Shown here one piece after another: positions 43,319 to 54,571 of a stretch of 64,000 nucleotides of DNA. The stretch comes from a plasmid, in sequence record NZ_CP049261.1; one strand, written 5' to 3'. Both the position numbers and the translations under genes were made by a program. The number at the start of each line of letters is the position of its first letter. Position 1 is the first letter of the stretch. The notes under the pieces were generated by a model that made no database searches, was not told where the DNA came from, and saw only the letters and a program-made list of their open reading frames with translations.

Positions 43319-44062
43319 ATGGCGTTTTACAGCATTGGCGAGATAGCAGAACGGTGCGGGATCAACCCCGTGACGCTACGCGCCTGGCAGCGGCGCTATG
43401 GCCTGCTAAAACCTCAACGCAGCGAAGGCGGCCACCGCCAGTTTGATGAAGATGACATTCAGCGTATCGAAGAGATTAAACGCTGGATCAAAAGCGGCGT
43501 GCCGGTCGGCAAAGTGAAAGCGCTGCTGGATAAAGATGTCGTGGTGGGGCCGGAAGCGTGGAATGTGGTGCAGGAAGAGATGATGGGCGTGGTGCGCCAG
43601 GCGCGGCCGGCGACGCTGCGAGCCAAAATCACCGCGCTGGTGCGTGAAAACGCCGTGGACGGGCTTATCGATAACGTCTTTCTGCCGGTACGCCATCGGT
43701 TAAGCCTCGATCAATACACCGCACCGTCGATGCGCAGCATGATGGATGGCGCGCTTATCGAATACGCCACGCTGTTTCTGGCCGAAGCGCGCAAAAAAAC
43801 CACCAAAGAAGCGCTGCTGATGGGCTGGGGCAATGTGGATCGCGCCCGCCTGTGGCTGGAAGCCTGCCGTCTGGCGCACCAGGGCTGGCATATTGATTTA
43901 CTCGCCGAGCCGCTCGATTTGCCGCACCCGGAGCTCTTTCCCAATCAGCACTTTTTCGTCTGGACTGACGAGCCGCTCAACGCTGAGCAGCAGGAGCGCG
44001 CCGCGCACTGGAAGGCGCAGGGTTACGCCATTACTTTCCTGACCGGGAATAAATCCGCGTAA
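43319..44062 (+). CDS. bluR: MerR-family repressor BluR (YcgE)
   Basis: [57 protein letters not shown]. Confidence 0.85.
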   Translation: MAFYSIGEIAERCGINPVTLRAWQRRYGLLKPQRSEGGHRQFDEDDIQRIEEIKRWIKSGVPVGKVKALLDKDVVVGPEAWNVVQEEMMGVVRQARPATLRAKITALVRENAVDGLIDNVFLPVRHRLSLDQYTAPSMRSMMDGALIEYATLFLAEARKKTTKEALLMGWGNVDRARLWLEACRLAHQGWHIDLLAEPLDLPHPELFPNQHFFVWTDEPLNAEQQERAAHWKAQGYAITFLTGNKSA

Positions 44063-44093
44063 CGGTAAACATGTCGGTCATTCACTGAACCGC

Positions 44094-44126
44094 AAAAAGC
44101 CCGGCACCGGCCGGGCTTTTTGTTGC
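44094..44126. terminator. bidirectional rho-independent terminator between bluR and MCP gene
   Basis: AAAAAGCCCGGCACCGGCCGGGCTTTTTGTT. Confidence 0.7.
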
Positions 44127-44140
44127 GCTTAGAACAGCGC

Positions 44141-46051
44141 TCAGAACGTTTCCCAGCTTCCCGCGCCATCGACAGCCAGCGTCCTTGAAGGAACCATCGC
44201 CGGTCGCGCGACTGGTTTTTTCACAATGGCGTCGCCCAGTTTGAAGCGCGAGATAAGCTGCGACAGTTCGCCCGCCTGCTGTTCGAGCGACGCGGCGGCG
44301 GCAGAAGATTCCTGTACCAGCGCGGCGTTCTGTTGCGTGGTGGAATCCAGTTCGCTGACGGCCTTGCTTATCTGGTCGATACCGCGGCTCTGCTCATCCG
44401 AAGCGTGAGAGATTTCCGTCATGATCCCGCTGACGCCCTCGACGGAGGAGACGATATCCTTCATGGTGGCGCCCGCTTTGTTGGCCATTGCAGAGCCAGA
44501 ACTGACGCGGTCTACCGATTCCTGAATCAGGTTTTCAATCTCTTTCGCCGCCTGTGCGCTGCGGCTCGCCAGCGTTCTGACTTCACCGGCGACCACCGCG
44601 AACCCGCGACCCTGTTCGCCCGCCCGGGCGGCTTCCACAGCGGCATTCAGCGCCAGAATATTGGTCTGGAAGGAGATGCCATTGATGACGGTGATGATAT
44701 CTTTGATCTTGTTTGAGCTGTCGGTAATGGTCTGCATGGTTTCGACCACATCCCAGACAATTTGCCCGCCGCTGCGCGCATTCTGCGCGGCGGTGTTCGC
44801 CAGCGTGCTGGCCTCGCGGGCGTTATCGGCATTACGTTTCACGGTTGAGGTTAACTCTTCCATGCTGGCCGCGGTTTCCACGACGGCTGCCGACTGCTCT
44901 TCGGTACGCGACGCCAGATCGGTGTTGCCGATGGAAATCTGTGAAGACGCCGAGGCGACATACACCACTGACTCTTTAATCTGGGTAATCAGCTCACGCA
45001 GTCTCAGGTTCATGGTCGCCATCGCGGCGCTCAGACGGCCCAGTTCATCGGTGGAGCTCGCTTCAATCTCCGCGGTCAGATCGCCTGCGGCGATTCGCTC
45101 GGCAACGCTCAGGTTATAGCGGATTTGCGACGTCATCTGACGCGTAATCAGCCAGGCGATGAACAGGCCGATAACCACCGAGCAGAGCGCGACAATCAGC
45201 ACGATATAGATAACATGGGCGATTTTGGCACTGCTTTTATCCGCCTGAAGCTGCGCCAGCTCTGCGGTGGCGCTATTGAGCTTGTCGGCAACGAGCGTCA
45301 TGTTATCCGCGCCGCCTTTTGCGTTTTTCAGCGCGAGGCTGTAGGCATTGACCGCGCTGTCGAGTGTACTGAACGCTGACTGCAACGCGGTAACGGAACC
45401 CGCGAGAGGGGAGGTGGCGTCACTGTTGAGGCTGGCGAGTAAAGCAAGCGCCTGCTGTGTGTCAGCCGTAAATTGCTGCTGCCCGCTGACGCCGCGTGAT
45501 GAAACGACAACGCCCGCGTCTGAGCGAATTTTCTCAATAAAATAGAGCAGATTAGCACTGCTTTTCGACAGTGACTCGCTGTTACGCAAGGTTTTCGTGA
45601 CTTCATCAAAAACGGGCTGTTGGGCCGCGGCCAGCACGTTTTTGCTCTGCTCAATGCTGGCGCTTTCAAGGCTGATAAAATTGCTGCGCGCCTCGCTGTA
45701 CTCTTTTACCCGTGAGCCCAGCGCCTCAAATAACACACCAGCGTCTTGTTCCCAGGTAAATTTATCGCCTTCTTTGATTTTTTCCGCCATTTTATTAATG
45801 GCAGCCAGATTCGCCTGGGCCGCTTTATCGTCATGGGTTAACTGATAAGTGAGACGGTTGCGTCTGGCGGTATTGAGATCGTTATTAATCTGATTAACCA
45901 GTTGCTCTTTATCAGAATGCTCGCTGATAGCCGAAAGCTGTTTAATATTAATGGCAGAGGAGATGATGATAACGCCAACTAATACTGAAAAACCGCCAAA
46001 TAATTTCGCTGCTACGGAAAGATTTTTAAAAATACCGGGTTTGCCTGTCAT
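44141..46051 (-). CDS. methyl-accepting chemotaxis protein
   Basis: N-terminal TM, periplasmic ligand domain, HAMP, conserved MCP signalling domain. Confidence 0.9.
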   Translation of the reverse strand: MTGKPGIFKNLSVAAKLFGGFSVLVGVIIISSAINIKQLSAISEHSDKEQLVNQINNDLNTARRNRLTYQLTHDDKAAQANLAAINKMAEKIKEGDKFTWEQDAGVLFEALGSRVKEYSEARSNFISLESASIEQSKNVLAAAQQPVFDEVTKTLRNSESLSKSSANLLYFIEKIRSDAGVVVSSRGVSGQQQFTADTQQALALLASLNSDATSPLAGSVTALQSAFSTLDSAVNAYSLALKNAKGGADNMTLVADKLNSATAELAQLQADKSSAKIAHVIYIVLIVALCSVVIGLFIAWLITRQMTSQIRYNLSVAERIAAGDLTAEIEASSTDELGRLSAAMATMNLRLRELITQIKESVVYVASASSQISIGNTDLASRTEEQSAAVVETAASMEELTSTVKRNADNAREASTLANTAAQNARSGGQIVWDVVETMQTITDSSNKIKDIITVINGISFQTNILALNAAVEAARAGEQGRGFAVVAGEVRTLASRSAQAAKEIENLIQESVDRVSSGSAMANKAGATMKDIVSSVEGVSGIMTEISHASDEQSRGIDQISKAVSELDSTTQQNAALVQESSAAAASLEQQAGELSQLISRFKLGDAIVKKPVARPAMVPSRTLAVDGAGSWETF

Positions 46052-46483
46052 TGTTGATTCCTCAGCTGCTCATCATAATGATATCACCCGTTCCGACGCC
46101 GCCTTCGGGCGCGCCGCAAGCGTGCGCGTGCTTTTAACGCGTCGGGCCAGTTATAGTCTGTTTAATCCATAAGTGTTATCGGCAGGTTATTAGTGTTTAT
46201 GCAGGATATATCTTTAATCTTTTTTACGTTTCAGATAAATCAATGGGTTGGTTATTTTTCTTATTCTGTGTTTGTGACGAAACTAACAATTTGAGAACGG
46301 TGTGGCGTTATTTTTCAATGCTTTTCATAATAACCATAAGCCTGCTCAGAATATTGACTGGTGGCGGATTTATTAGCAGGCTAATTCAGCTGAGAAAACA
46401 TCCGATAAAAAGCTTTTGAGGACAAATGGCGCTGCGCCTGGCGGGTAAACTGGAGACGCATTCATTATTCATTCGAGGTGGAT

Positions 46484-46869
46484 ATGTCTTTTACTCATAT
46501 GCGTATCGCAAGGCCAGTCACCAGCCTGGAAACTTCTTTCCGGCTCTGGTCGCAGGGGCTCGGCCTTGTACGACTGGGAGAATTTACCGATCACGCAGGC
46601 TTCAGCGGCGTGATGCTGGGCGCAAGGATTTGCCCTGGCACCTGGAATTTACGGTATGCCTCGATAGTCCTGTTATACCGTCGCCCGGCCATGAAGATCT
46701 GCTGGTGCTCTATTACCCTGAGCACGACGAATGGCAGCGCGTATGCCGCTCGCTTGAAGAAGTTGGGTTTATCCGCACGCCCTCTTTTAACCCTTACTGG
46801 GATATGAACGGGCAAACCTGGATGGACCATGATGGTTATCGTGTAGTGGTGCAAAATCAGGCGTGGTAA
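46484..46869 (+). CDS. VOC/glyoxalase family protein, frameshift near 46620
   Basis: MSFTHMRIARPVTSLETSFRLWSQGLGL... then second frame ...GFIRTPSFNPYWDMNGQTWMDHDGYRVVVQN. Confidence 0.55.
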
Positions 46870-46906
46870 TGCGTTCTGCACTGTCGCATCAGTAATCAGT
46901 CACACA

Positions 46907-47422
46907 CTAAAGCGATAACCTCATGGCGCACCGGCTGTCACGCGCAAAGCCGTGCGCGGCTTCTTCATCAAGCAGACGTGCCAGCGCGTCCGGCATATCT
47001 GCTTCTGAAATCACGCTAAACCCCAGACGCGCATAAAACGGCTGATTCCACGGCACGTTTCGGAAGGTGGTAAGCGTCAGCGCGGTGAGCTGTTTTTCCC
47101 GTGCATGGCGAATGGCGTCGGCCATCAGCCTTTTCCCAAGCCCCATTCCCTGACAATCGCGCTTTACCGCCACGCCCAGAATGTGCAGCGCGCCGTCAAT
47201 ATAATCGCCGTTAATAAACCCGACGGGAGCGTCATTCGCATTGACCACCACGGCGGAATAGCCGCGCTCACACAACCGGCGATGTAAATCGTCGGGCTGA
47301 ACGCCATCGGTCGCCACCCAGGCGAGCGCCGGGATCGTCTCAAAGGCGCTGTCTGCCGAGCGCTCAATGGCTGCCAGGCTTGCGATATCGTTGATTACGG
47401 TCTTTCTGATTCTAAATGTCAT
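46907..47422 (-). CDS. GNAT family N-acetyltransferase
   Basis: acetyl-CoA-binding motif QGMGLGKRLM. Confidence 0.85.
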   Translation of the reverse strand: MTFRIRKTVINDIASLAAIERSADSAFETIPALAWVATDGVQPDDLHRRLCERGYSAVVVNANDAPVGFINGDYIDGALHILGVAVKRDCQGMGLGKRLMADAIRHAREKQLTALTLTTFRNVPWNQPFYARLGFSVISEADMPDALARLLDEEAAHGFARDSRCAMRLSL

Positions 47423-47523
47423 TTCGGGCTCCCTGTTATGCCGTATCCATATTTCGCCCGCGGGCGAAGCATCGTTTCTTCATCACTTTACACTGCAACA
47501 ACATTCCGTGATGGAGAAAGCCC

Positions 47524-47847
47524 ATGATAGCCGTTTTATTTGAAGCGCAGGCGCTGCCAGAGGCGCAGCAACGTTATTTTGAACTCGCCGCCGCGCTGAA
47601 GCCGCTGCTGGCGGATGCGCCAGGTTTTATCGACCTTGAGCGGTTTCAGAGCCTCACCGCGCCCGAGAGAATTCTCTCGCTCTCCTGGTGGGAAAGCGAA
47701 GCGGCGGTGCGGGCGTGGAAAGGCAACCTGATGCATCAGGCCGCGCAGCAGGAAGGACGGGAACATATTTTTGCCCATTATCGTATCCGCGTGGCGCAGG
47801 TGCTCCGCGACTATTCCTCTGAGACAAAGGATAACTCACATGTATGA
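47524..47847 (+). CDS. antibiotic biosynthesis monooxygenase (ABM) family protein
   Basis: 107 aa, Dabb fold pattern. Confidence 0.7.
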   Translation: MIAVLFEAQALPEAQQRYFELAAALKPLLADAPGFIDLERFQSLTAPERILSLSWWESEAAVRAWKGNLMHQAAQQEGREHIFAHYRIRVAQVLRDYSSETKDNSHV

Positions 47848-48238
47848 TATCCACGTGATCATCAGTAACACGCCGGGCGCGCTGGCGACGCTCGGGACGC
47901 TGCTTGGTAAAAATGGCGTCGGCCTTGAAGGCGGCGGCGTGTTTTCACTGGCGCAGGAAAGCCATGCGCATTTTCTGGTGGAAGAGGGCGAAACGGCACG
48001 GCGCGTGTTGCAGGACGCCGGGTTTACGGTGCAAAACGTCACCCGTCCGCTTATCCGTAAACTGTCGCAGGCACGACCGGGCGAACTTGGCGAGATAGCC
48101 CGCGCGCTCGCCGAAGGCGGCGTGAATATTCTTGTGCAGTACAGCGATCACGCGAACCGGTTGATTCTTGTCACCGATAATCCTGAACAGGCAGAAAAGG
48201 TAACCAGACCATGGGCAATCCCGGACGACACCCCCTGA
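47840..48238 (+). CDS. hypothetical ACT-like small protein
   Basis: [23 protein letters not shown]...; 8-bp overlap with ABM gene. Confidence 0.4.
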   Translation: MYDIHVIISNTPGALATLGTLLGKNGVGLEGGGVFSLAQESHAHFLVEEGETARRVLQDAGFTVQNVTRPLIRKLSQARPGELGEIARALAEGGVNILVQYSDHANRLILVTDNPEQAEKVTRPWAIPDDTP

Positions 48239-48936
48239 CAGACGCCGACACCGCGCCGGAGCTTGGACAGGCGATGTCGGGCGTCGCGGCGGCGATGGCC
48301 GATCCGTCGCGCGTGGCGATGTTGTGCGCGCTGATGGATGGCCGGGCGTGGACGGCGACAGAGCTTAGCGCGGTGGCGGATATCGCGCCGTCCACCGCGA
48401 GCGCGCATCTCGCGCGGCTGCTCAGCCACGGTCTGGTGGTTTGCCTTTCTCAGGGGCGGCATCGCTACTACCGGCTGGCGGGCCATGAGATCGCCGGGCT
48501 GCTGGAGACGCTGATGGGCGTCTCCATGAATCCACAGCGCCAGCCAGTGTCCAGCACACCCGGACATTTACGCCAGGCGCGCACCTGCTATGACCATCTG
48601 GCGGGCGAGCTCGCCGTGCAGCTCTACGCGTTTATGCTGGAGGAAAAATGGCTGACGCCGGACGGCAATGCGCTCACCGAACGCGGGCGCGAGCGTTTTA
48701 CGGCGCTTGGCGTACCGCTTAATCCAAAGCCCCGGCGCAAAGCGTGCTGCCCGTGTCTCGACTGGAGCGAACGGCGTTATCACCTGGGCGGTGATGCCGG
48801 TGCGGCGCTACTGACGCTCTTTTTACAGGAAGGCTGGCTTCTGAGAACGCCAGGCTACCGGGAAGTGACCGTCACCGCCGCCGGGCGCGCTGCGCTGCAA
48901 CGCGTCTTCGCTGTTAATGGCGCGGTAACAGTCTGA
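48211..48936 (+). CDS. ArsR/SmtB-like winged-helix regulator with C-terminal extension
   Basis: [46 protein letters not shown]; alternative start 48274. Confidence 0.65.
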   Translation: MGNPGRHPLTDADTAPELGQAMSGVAAAMADPSRVAMLCALMDGRAWTATELSAVADIAPSTASAHLARLLSHGLVVCLSQGRHRYYRLAGHEIAGLLETLMGVSMNPQRQPVSSTPGHLRQARTCYDHLAGELAVQLYAFMLEEKWLTPDGNALTERGRERFTALGVPLNPKPRRKACCPCLDWSERRYHLGGDAGAALLTLFLQEGWLLRTPGYREVTVTAAGRAALQRVFAVNGAVTV

Positions 48937-49017
48937 AAACCGCACGATAATTCATCGTCCCGTCATGCAAACACTATACTTATCAGCCTTGGACCATCGC
49001 TAAATGAGGAACCACTG

Positions 49018-49839
49018 ATGAGCACGATCAAGACGCAGGACGGCACGCAGATCTATTACAAAGACTGGGGCGCAGGCAAACCGGTGCTGTTCAGCCACGG
49101 CTGGCCGCTGGATGCAGACATGTGGGACAGCCAGATGAATTTTCTGGCTGAGCGCGGCTACCGCGTGATTGCGTTTGACCGTCGCGGCTTCGGGCGTTCC
49201 GATCAGCCGTGGAACGGTTATGACTACGACACTTTTGCGTCTGACATCAACGACCTCATTGAGGCGCTGGATCTTCACGATGTCACGCTGGTGGGCTTCT
49301 CCATGGGCGGCGGCGATGTGGCGCGCTATATCGGCAACTACGGCACGTCGCGCATTGCGGCGCTGGTGCTGCTGGGTGCGGTGACGCCGGTGTTCGGTAA
49401 AATCGGCGATTACAGCCAGGGCGTGGATCTCTCTGTTTTTGAAGGTATTCGCGATGGCCTGCGTAAAGATCGCGCGCAGTTTATCAGTGATTTCGCCGCG
49501 ACGTTCTACGGCACCAACGCAGGCCAGACGGTGTCGGAAGGCGTACTGACCCAGACGCTGAATATCGCGCTGCTGGCCTCGCTGAAAGGGACTATCGACT
49601 GCGTGACCGCCTTCTCGGAAACCGACTTCCGCGGCGACCTGCAAAAAGTGGATGTGCCGACGCTGGTCATTCACGGCAGCAACGACCAGGTCGTGCCGTT
49701 TGAATCCACCGGTAAAGTGGCGGCGGAAATGATTGCGAACGCGGAACTGAAAGTATACGACAACGGCCCGCACGGCTTTGCTGTGACCCATCAGGACCAG
49801 CTGAACGACGATCTGCTGGCGTTCCTGAAATCCCTGTAA
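49018..49839 (+). CDS. alpha/beta hydrolase (non-haem chloroperoxidase-like)
   Basis: GWPLDADMW, nucleophile elbow GFSMGGG, C-terminal His. Confidence 0.85.
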   Translation: MSTIKTQDGTQIYYKDWGAGKPVLFSHGWPLDADMWDSQMNFLAERGYRVIAFDRRGFGRSDQPWNGYDYDTFASDINDLIEALDLHDVTLVGFSMGGGDVARYIGNYGTSRIAALVLLGAVTPVFGKIGDYSQGVDLSVFEGIRDGLRKDRAQFISDFAATFYGTNAGQTVSEGVLTQTLNIALLASLKGTIDCVTAFSETDFRGDLQKVDVPTLVIHGSNDQVVPFESTGKVAAEMIANAELKVYDNGPHGFAVTHQDQLNDDLLAFLKSL

Positions 49840-49885
49840 GACAGCTCTGGCTGGCCGGTTTTCCGGCCAGCGTATCACTGCGGCG

Positions 49886-51262
49886 TTACGCCTCCCCGGA
49901 GGCCTCTTTTCCCACCAGCAGCGTGGTTAACACGAACGATATCACCAGCGCCATAACGACGCCTGCCAGCGCAAAGATAAAATACGGGCCGATATAGGCG
50001 GGCAGGCTGAAAATACTCGACAGAATGTAACCGTACAGCCGTACGCCAAAGAACGCGATAAACGCTGAGGCCAGCGAGCTTGCGATCGTTGCGGAGATAA
50101 ACGCTTTTTTATAGCGCGTCAGGACGCCAAACAGCGCGGGTTCAGTAATGCCCAGCAGCGCGGAGATGGCCGCGGACAACGTGACGGTTTTCTCGTGGCG
50201 TGTTTTATTCAGGCGCCAGATGGCAAATGTCGAGCCAGCAATCGCCATATTCGCCATAAACATCATCGGCATCAGCATGTCATAGCCGCGATCGCTGAAG
50301 TTTTGCAGCGCAATTGGCGTCATGGCGTGGTGCATCCCGGTCAGGACGGCCACCGGGCGGATCGCGCCCACAATCAGCCCGGCGAAACTCGCCGAGACAC
50401 TAAAGAGCCCTTCGATAAACAGCGCCAGCCCTTTGCCAAGCCAGATACCAATCGGGCCTATCACCACCAGCGCCGCCAGCGCGCCAATAAACAGGGTTAA
50501 CGTGGGCGTAAACACGGTTTTCAGCACGTCAGGCATGATGTGGTCGACCCAGCGGTAGATGTAGCTCAACGCCAGGACAGAGAAAATCACCGGAATGACG
50601 CTTGCCGAATAGTTAAACACCGAGACCGGAATGGCATTGAGCAGCCAGAGCGCGCTGACCGCGCCTTCCTGGTGCGTCGCCAGCGCTTTGGCAGCCTCAA
50701 TCAGCGACGGATACATCAGGCACGCGGCGACAGCAGCCGCCAGATACTCATTGACCTTAAAGATTCTGGCGGCAGAGACTGCAAGCAAAAAGGGCAGAAA
50801 GTAAAAGACGCCGCTGGCGATAAGATCGATGATCACGACCGTATCGCTTTTGGCGGAAACCACTTTCAGGGCGACTAAGCCTGCCAGCAAGCCCTTGATC
50901 ATCCCGGCTCCGGCAATTGCCGGCACAATCGGGCCGAACACGCCAGAGACCGTATCCATAAAGAGCGATACCAGGCCTTTGCGTCCTTTGGCGGGCGTCG
51001 TGGCGGCTGCGGGTTTATCGCCCAGCGCGCTGAGCATTTGTTCGTACCAGCTATTCACCTTCGGCCCGATGATGACCTGAAACTGATCGCTCTGAAGCTG
51101 TGCGCCCAGCACGCCGGGGAGCTTTTTAATCGCAGTCTGATCGACTTTATCATCATCAACTAAATCGAAGCGCAGCCGCGTCATGCAGTGCCAGACTTTA
51201 TTAATATTCCCCTGGCCGCCGACCAGACGAATAATATTATTAATGGCTTCTTGCGTCCCCAT
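49886..51262 (-). CDS. PTS transporter subunit EIIBC
   Basis: N-terminal EIIB cysteine motif (NKVWHCMTRLRF) then EIIC membrane domain. Confidence 0.85.
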   Translation of the reverse strand: MGTQEAINNIIRLVGGQGNINKVWHCMTRLRFDLVDDDKVDQTAIKKLPGVLGAQLQSDQFQVIIGPKVNSWYEQMLSALGDKPAAATTPAKGRKGLVSLFMDTVSGVFGPIVPAIAGAGMIKGLLAGLVALKVVSAKSDTVVIIDLIASGVFYFLPFLLAVSAARIFKVNEYLAAAVAACLMYPSLIEAAKALATHQEGAVSALWLLNAIPVSVFNYSASVIPVIFSVLALSYIYRWVDHIMPDVLKTVFTPTLTLFIGALAALVVIGPIGIWLGKGLALFIEGLFSVSASFAGLIVGAIRPVAVLTGMHHAMTPIALQNFSDRGYDMLMPMMFMANMAIAGSTFAIWRLNKTRHEKTVTLSAAISALLGITEPALFGVLTRYKKAFISATIASSLASAFIAFFGVRLYGYILSSIFSLPAYIGPYFIFALAGVVMALVISFVLTTLLVGKEASGEA

Positions 51263-51541
51263 AATGACTCCTGCCGAATGTTGTTGTCGTTTTAATGGTC
51301 CTGTGAAGGATAATTAAACCTTTTTGACAAAACAAACCAATAAAAGTTGATTCTGCTCACATCTTTGCTTCTGGTGTGGATTGAAAGCAGTGTAATGGTA
51401 AAATTGGTATGGTTTATTGGTGCTTTTAAAAAGAAATTACTGACCAAAATAAATAGTCAAAAAAAGGGTTTACCCGCCATTATTTTTAAGGTCATGATAT
51501 TGACATTCCGTATTTCCATAGCGCTGCAAAGGAGTGATTTC

Positions 51542-52741
51542 GTGACGCCTGTGAACATCAAAAATATCGAATGTTTTATCACCCGCCCGGACAGGCATAA
51601 CCTGGTGACGGTTCGCGTGACGACCGACCAGGGCGTGACGGGGCACGGCTGCGCCACGTTCCAGCAGCGCCCGCTCGCTGTTAAAACGCTGGTGGAGGAG
51701 TATTTACAGCCGCTGCTGACGGGCCGTGATGCGAACAATATCGAAGATCTGTGGCAGATGATGAACGTCAACGCCTACTGGCGTAACGGCCCGGTGATGA
51801 ACAACGCAATATCGGGCGTGGATATGGCGCTGTGGGATATTAAAAGCCAGCTCGCCGGTATGCCGCTGTACCAGCTTTTCGGCGGTAAATCCCGTGACGC
51901 GATCCCGGCATACAGCCACGCCAGCGGCGACACGCTGGACGCGCTTTTTGCGTCCGTGGATGCGCTCATCGAACAGGGATATCGCCATATTCGCTGCCAG
52001 CTCGGTTTTTACGGCGGCACGCCTTCCGGCCTGCACGCGCCGGAAAACCCGACGCCCGGCGCGTGGTTCGATCAGCAGGAATATATGCGCAATACCGTCG
52101 ATATGTTCCGCGCGCTGCGTGAGAAATATGGCTGGAGCCTGCATTTTCTGCATGATGTTCACGAGCGTCTGTTCCCGCAGCAGGCCATACAGCTTGCGAA
52201 ACAACTGGAGCCTTACCAGCCCTATTTTATTGAAGATATTCTGCCTCCCCAGCAGAGCGCCTGGCTTGAACAGGTACGCCAGCATAGCTGCGTGCCGCTG
52301 GCGATGGGCGAGCTCTTTAATAACCCAAGTGAATGGCACGATCTGATCGTCAACCGCCGTATCGATTTTATCCGCTGCCACGTTTCGCAAATCGGCGGGA
52401 TCACCCCGGCACTGAAGCTTGCGCATCTGTGCCAGGCGTTCGGTGTGCGTCTCGCGTGGCATGGCCCGGGCGATATGACCCCGATTGGCGTGGCGGTGAA
52501 CACGCATTTAAACATTCATCTGCATAACGCGGCGATTCAGGAATTTATTCCGCGCTCGGCCATGACCGATCGGGTTTTCCCCGGCGCGCCGGAGGTGAAA
52601 GACGGGTTTATCTATCCGCCGGTCAATGCCGGCATCGGCGTCGGATTTAACGAGGCGCTGGCGCAGGCGCATCCGGTGATGTATCGCCCGCATGAATGGA
52701 CACAAAGCCGCCTGCCGGACGGCACGCTTCACACGCCCTGA
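51542..52741 (+). CDS. enolase-superfamily D-mannonate dehydratase family protein (ManD/RspA-like), GTG start
   Basis: [36 protein letters not shown]...[26 protein letters not shown]...; AGGAG SD before GTG. Confidence 0.8.
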   Translation: MTPVNIKNIECFITRPDRHNLVTVRVTTDQGVTGHGCATFQQRPLAVKTLVEEYLQPLLTGRDANNIEDLWQMMNVNAYWRNGPVMNNAISGVDMALWDIKSQLAGMPLYQLFGGKSRDAIPAYSHASGDTLDALFASVDALIEQGYRHIRCQLGFYGGTPSGLHAPENPTPGAWFDQQEYMRNTVDMFRALREKYGWSLHFLHDVHERLFPQQAIQLAKQLEPYQPYFIEDILPPQQSAWLEQVRQHSCVPLAMGELFNNPSEWHDLIVNRRIDFIRCHVSQIGGITPALKLAHLCQAFGVRLAWHGPGDMTPIGVAVNTHLNIHLHNAAIQEFIPRSAMTDRVFPGAPEVKDGFIYPPVNAGIGVGFNEALAQAHPVMYRPHEWTQSRLPDGTLHTP

Positions 52742-53448
52742 TGCTGGCGGCGGGTCAGCGTGTCGCGGTTATACGGAATGACATAGGTGCAGGTGTAGTT
52801 GATATCAATAATATCGCTCACCTCAAACACGCGACCGCCTTCCAGAATGCCTCTATTGTTAATATGCATCGCCGGGCTGCCTTTCTTGCAGCCCAGCAGT
52901 ATCGCCTGTTCGCGGCCCACGCTCACGGCGCGGTAGGTGGTCAGCAGGTGCGAAATCGTCAGCCCTTTACTCAGCACATATTGCTGAATGGAATGCTCAA
53001 TCACCTGTTGGTTAAGGTCAGGAAAATCCGCCGCCGGCATGCTGGAGATTTCCAGCTGAACCGGCGCGTCGTCGACATAGCGCAGGCGGCAAAAATGCCA
53101 GATGAAGCTCTCCTCACTAATGCCGAAAATCTGCTGCGCCGCTTTGTCCGGGCGCTTTTTATGCAGGCTAATCATCCGGTAGCGAATTTGATCGAAGCGT
53201 TTTTCGGTAATCGAGTTATACACCAGCGGATTACTGCGCGCCTGCTCGTTGATCCAGGCGCCTGAGCCCTGAACAATCCGCACCACGCCGATGCTCACCA
53301 GCTTTTCCAGCGCCTGGCGAATGGTAAAACGCGAGACGCCATATTCTTCCGCTAACTGCCGTTCCGGCGACAGCTTCCGCGGGCCAGTCGTAGTGTCCTG
53401 GTAAATTTTGCTGAGCAGATCCTGAGTCACAAACTCTGTTTTATTCAT
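52729..53448 (-). CDS. GntR family regulator (HutC/UTRA subfamily)
   Basis: [28 protein letters not shown]. Confidence 0.8.
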   Translation of the reverse strand: MNKTEFVTQDLLSKIYQDTTTGPRKLSPERQLAEEYGVSRFTIRQALEKLVSIGVVRIVQGSGAWINEQARSNPLVYNSITEKRFDQIRYRMISLHKKRPDKAAQQIFGISEESFIWHFCRLRYVDDAPVQLEISSMPAADFPDLNQQVIEHSIQQYVLSKGLTISHLLTTYRAVSVGREQAILLGCKKGSPAMHINNRGILEGGRVFEVSDIIDINYTCTYVIPYNRDTLTRRQHQGV

Positions 53449-53642
53449 TATCTTTACCTGCATAACGTCGGCGGGGCGCGGGTCAAGCGTATCATTTAGC
53501 GGCGTTTTTTTCAGTCTGCCGGAAGGAAAGCTGTGTGGTGAATCGCTGCGGGTAAGCGTGAGGCAGGGGCTGCCCGGAAGCAAAAAACAGAAAAGTCATT
53601 CCACATGAGCGGCATGCGGAATGACTTTAACATCAGGACTTA

Positions 53643-53936
53643 TCAGCCATATTTACGCGCAAAGTTTTCATCGGTATCACACAGATAAATGATGAACTCG
53701 ACAAACGCGATAATCGAAGGAATAAAGGTCCAGCAGAAGATGAGATAAAGTAAGCCCTGGCCGATTTTACCTAAATAGAATTTATGTGCTCCGAAACCGC
53801 CCAGGAAAAATGCGAGTAACGCGGCGCTGATTCTGTTTTTATTCCCGCCAGTGAATTGCGTCGCACCGCACTGCGGGCAGGCTCTGGCCGATTCATGAAT
53901 TTCTTTCCCGCACCCGCGGCAAAACACCATCGACAT
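53643..53936 (-). CDS. zinc-ribbon plus TM2-domain small membrane protein
   Basis: CRGCGKEI...CPQCG ribbon; TM2-like ALLAFFLGGFGAHKFYLGK. Confidence 0.6.
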   Translation of the reverse strand: MSMVFCRGCGKEIHESARACPQCGATQFTGGNKNRISAALLAFFLGGFGAHKFYLGKIGQGLLYLIFCWTFIPSIIAFVEFIIYLCDTDENFARKYG

Positions 53937-54074
53937 TTTGGTATCCTTATTGTCGTTATTGATTTCTACGAAACGATTGCTGTTCAGCGCAATAATACGC
54001 TTTTAGTGCATTAAGAGATAACCCTAAATAACGGGCTGAACGGCACTTATTCAGTGCGATCGAAAAGAGGCATC

Positions 54075-54422
54075 ATGTTACTGGAAAGGCTCACTACGCT
54101 CGAACAAAGCCTGCATGGCGACCAGCGCCGCGACCCCGCCTGGCTTGAATACCTGCTTCACCCGCAGTTTTGCGAGGTGACACGCTCCGGTGTCCTGGTC
54201 AATCGGGATGAAACAATTGATGCGCTGACACAGGAAACCGGCACCGCGTTTATTGTGAGCGATGGTTTTTCGCTGCTGTCGGTAAACGCCGGTAGCGCTA
54301 TTCTGCGCTACCGCACGTGTACGGCCGAAGGCCATCGTCCGGCATGGCGCGCGTCGCACTGGGTAAAAGTGGACGAAGCCCGCTGGCAGCTTATTTTTCA
54401 TCAGGGCACGCCTGCCGTCTGA
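54075..54422 (+). CDS. NTF2-like/DUF4440 protein
   Basis: 115 aa. Confidence 0.5.
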   Translation: MLLERLTTLEQSLHGDQRRDPAWLEYLLHPQFCEVTRSGVLVNRDETIDALTQETGTAFIVSDGFSLLSVNAGSAILRYRTCTAEGHRPAWRASHWVKVDEARWQLIFHQGTPAV

Positions 54423-54571
54423 ACATTATCCGTCATGTTACCGTTAACGGTGTGAGCCTGTACTCCGCACGGTTAAATTATTGTCACCAGACGGGCGTAA
54501 GCCCCTCCAGAAACGGCCGCCGATACCGATAACCCCTGAAGCCATGTTGGTGATTTCCGGGGAACCGTTTC

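Noticed and set aside
49000-49878. 292-aa minus-strand ORF
   Set aside because: Antisense to the chloroperoxidase-like hydrolase gene, which has clear catalytic motifs.
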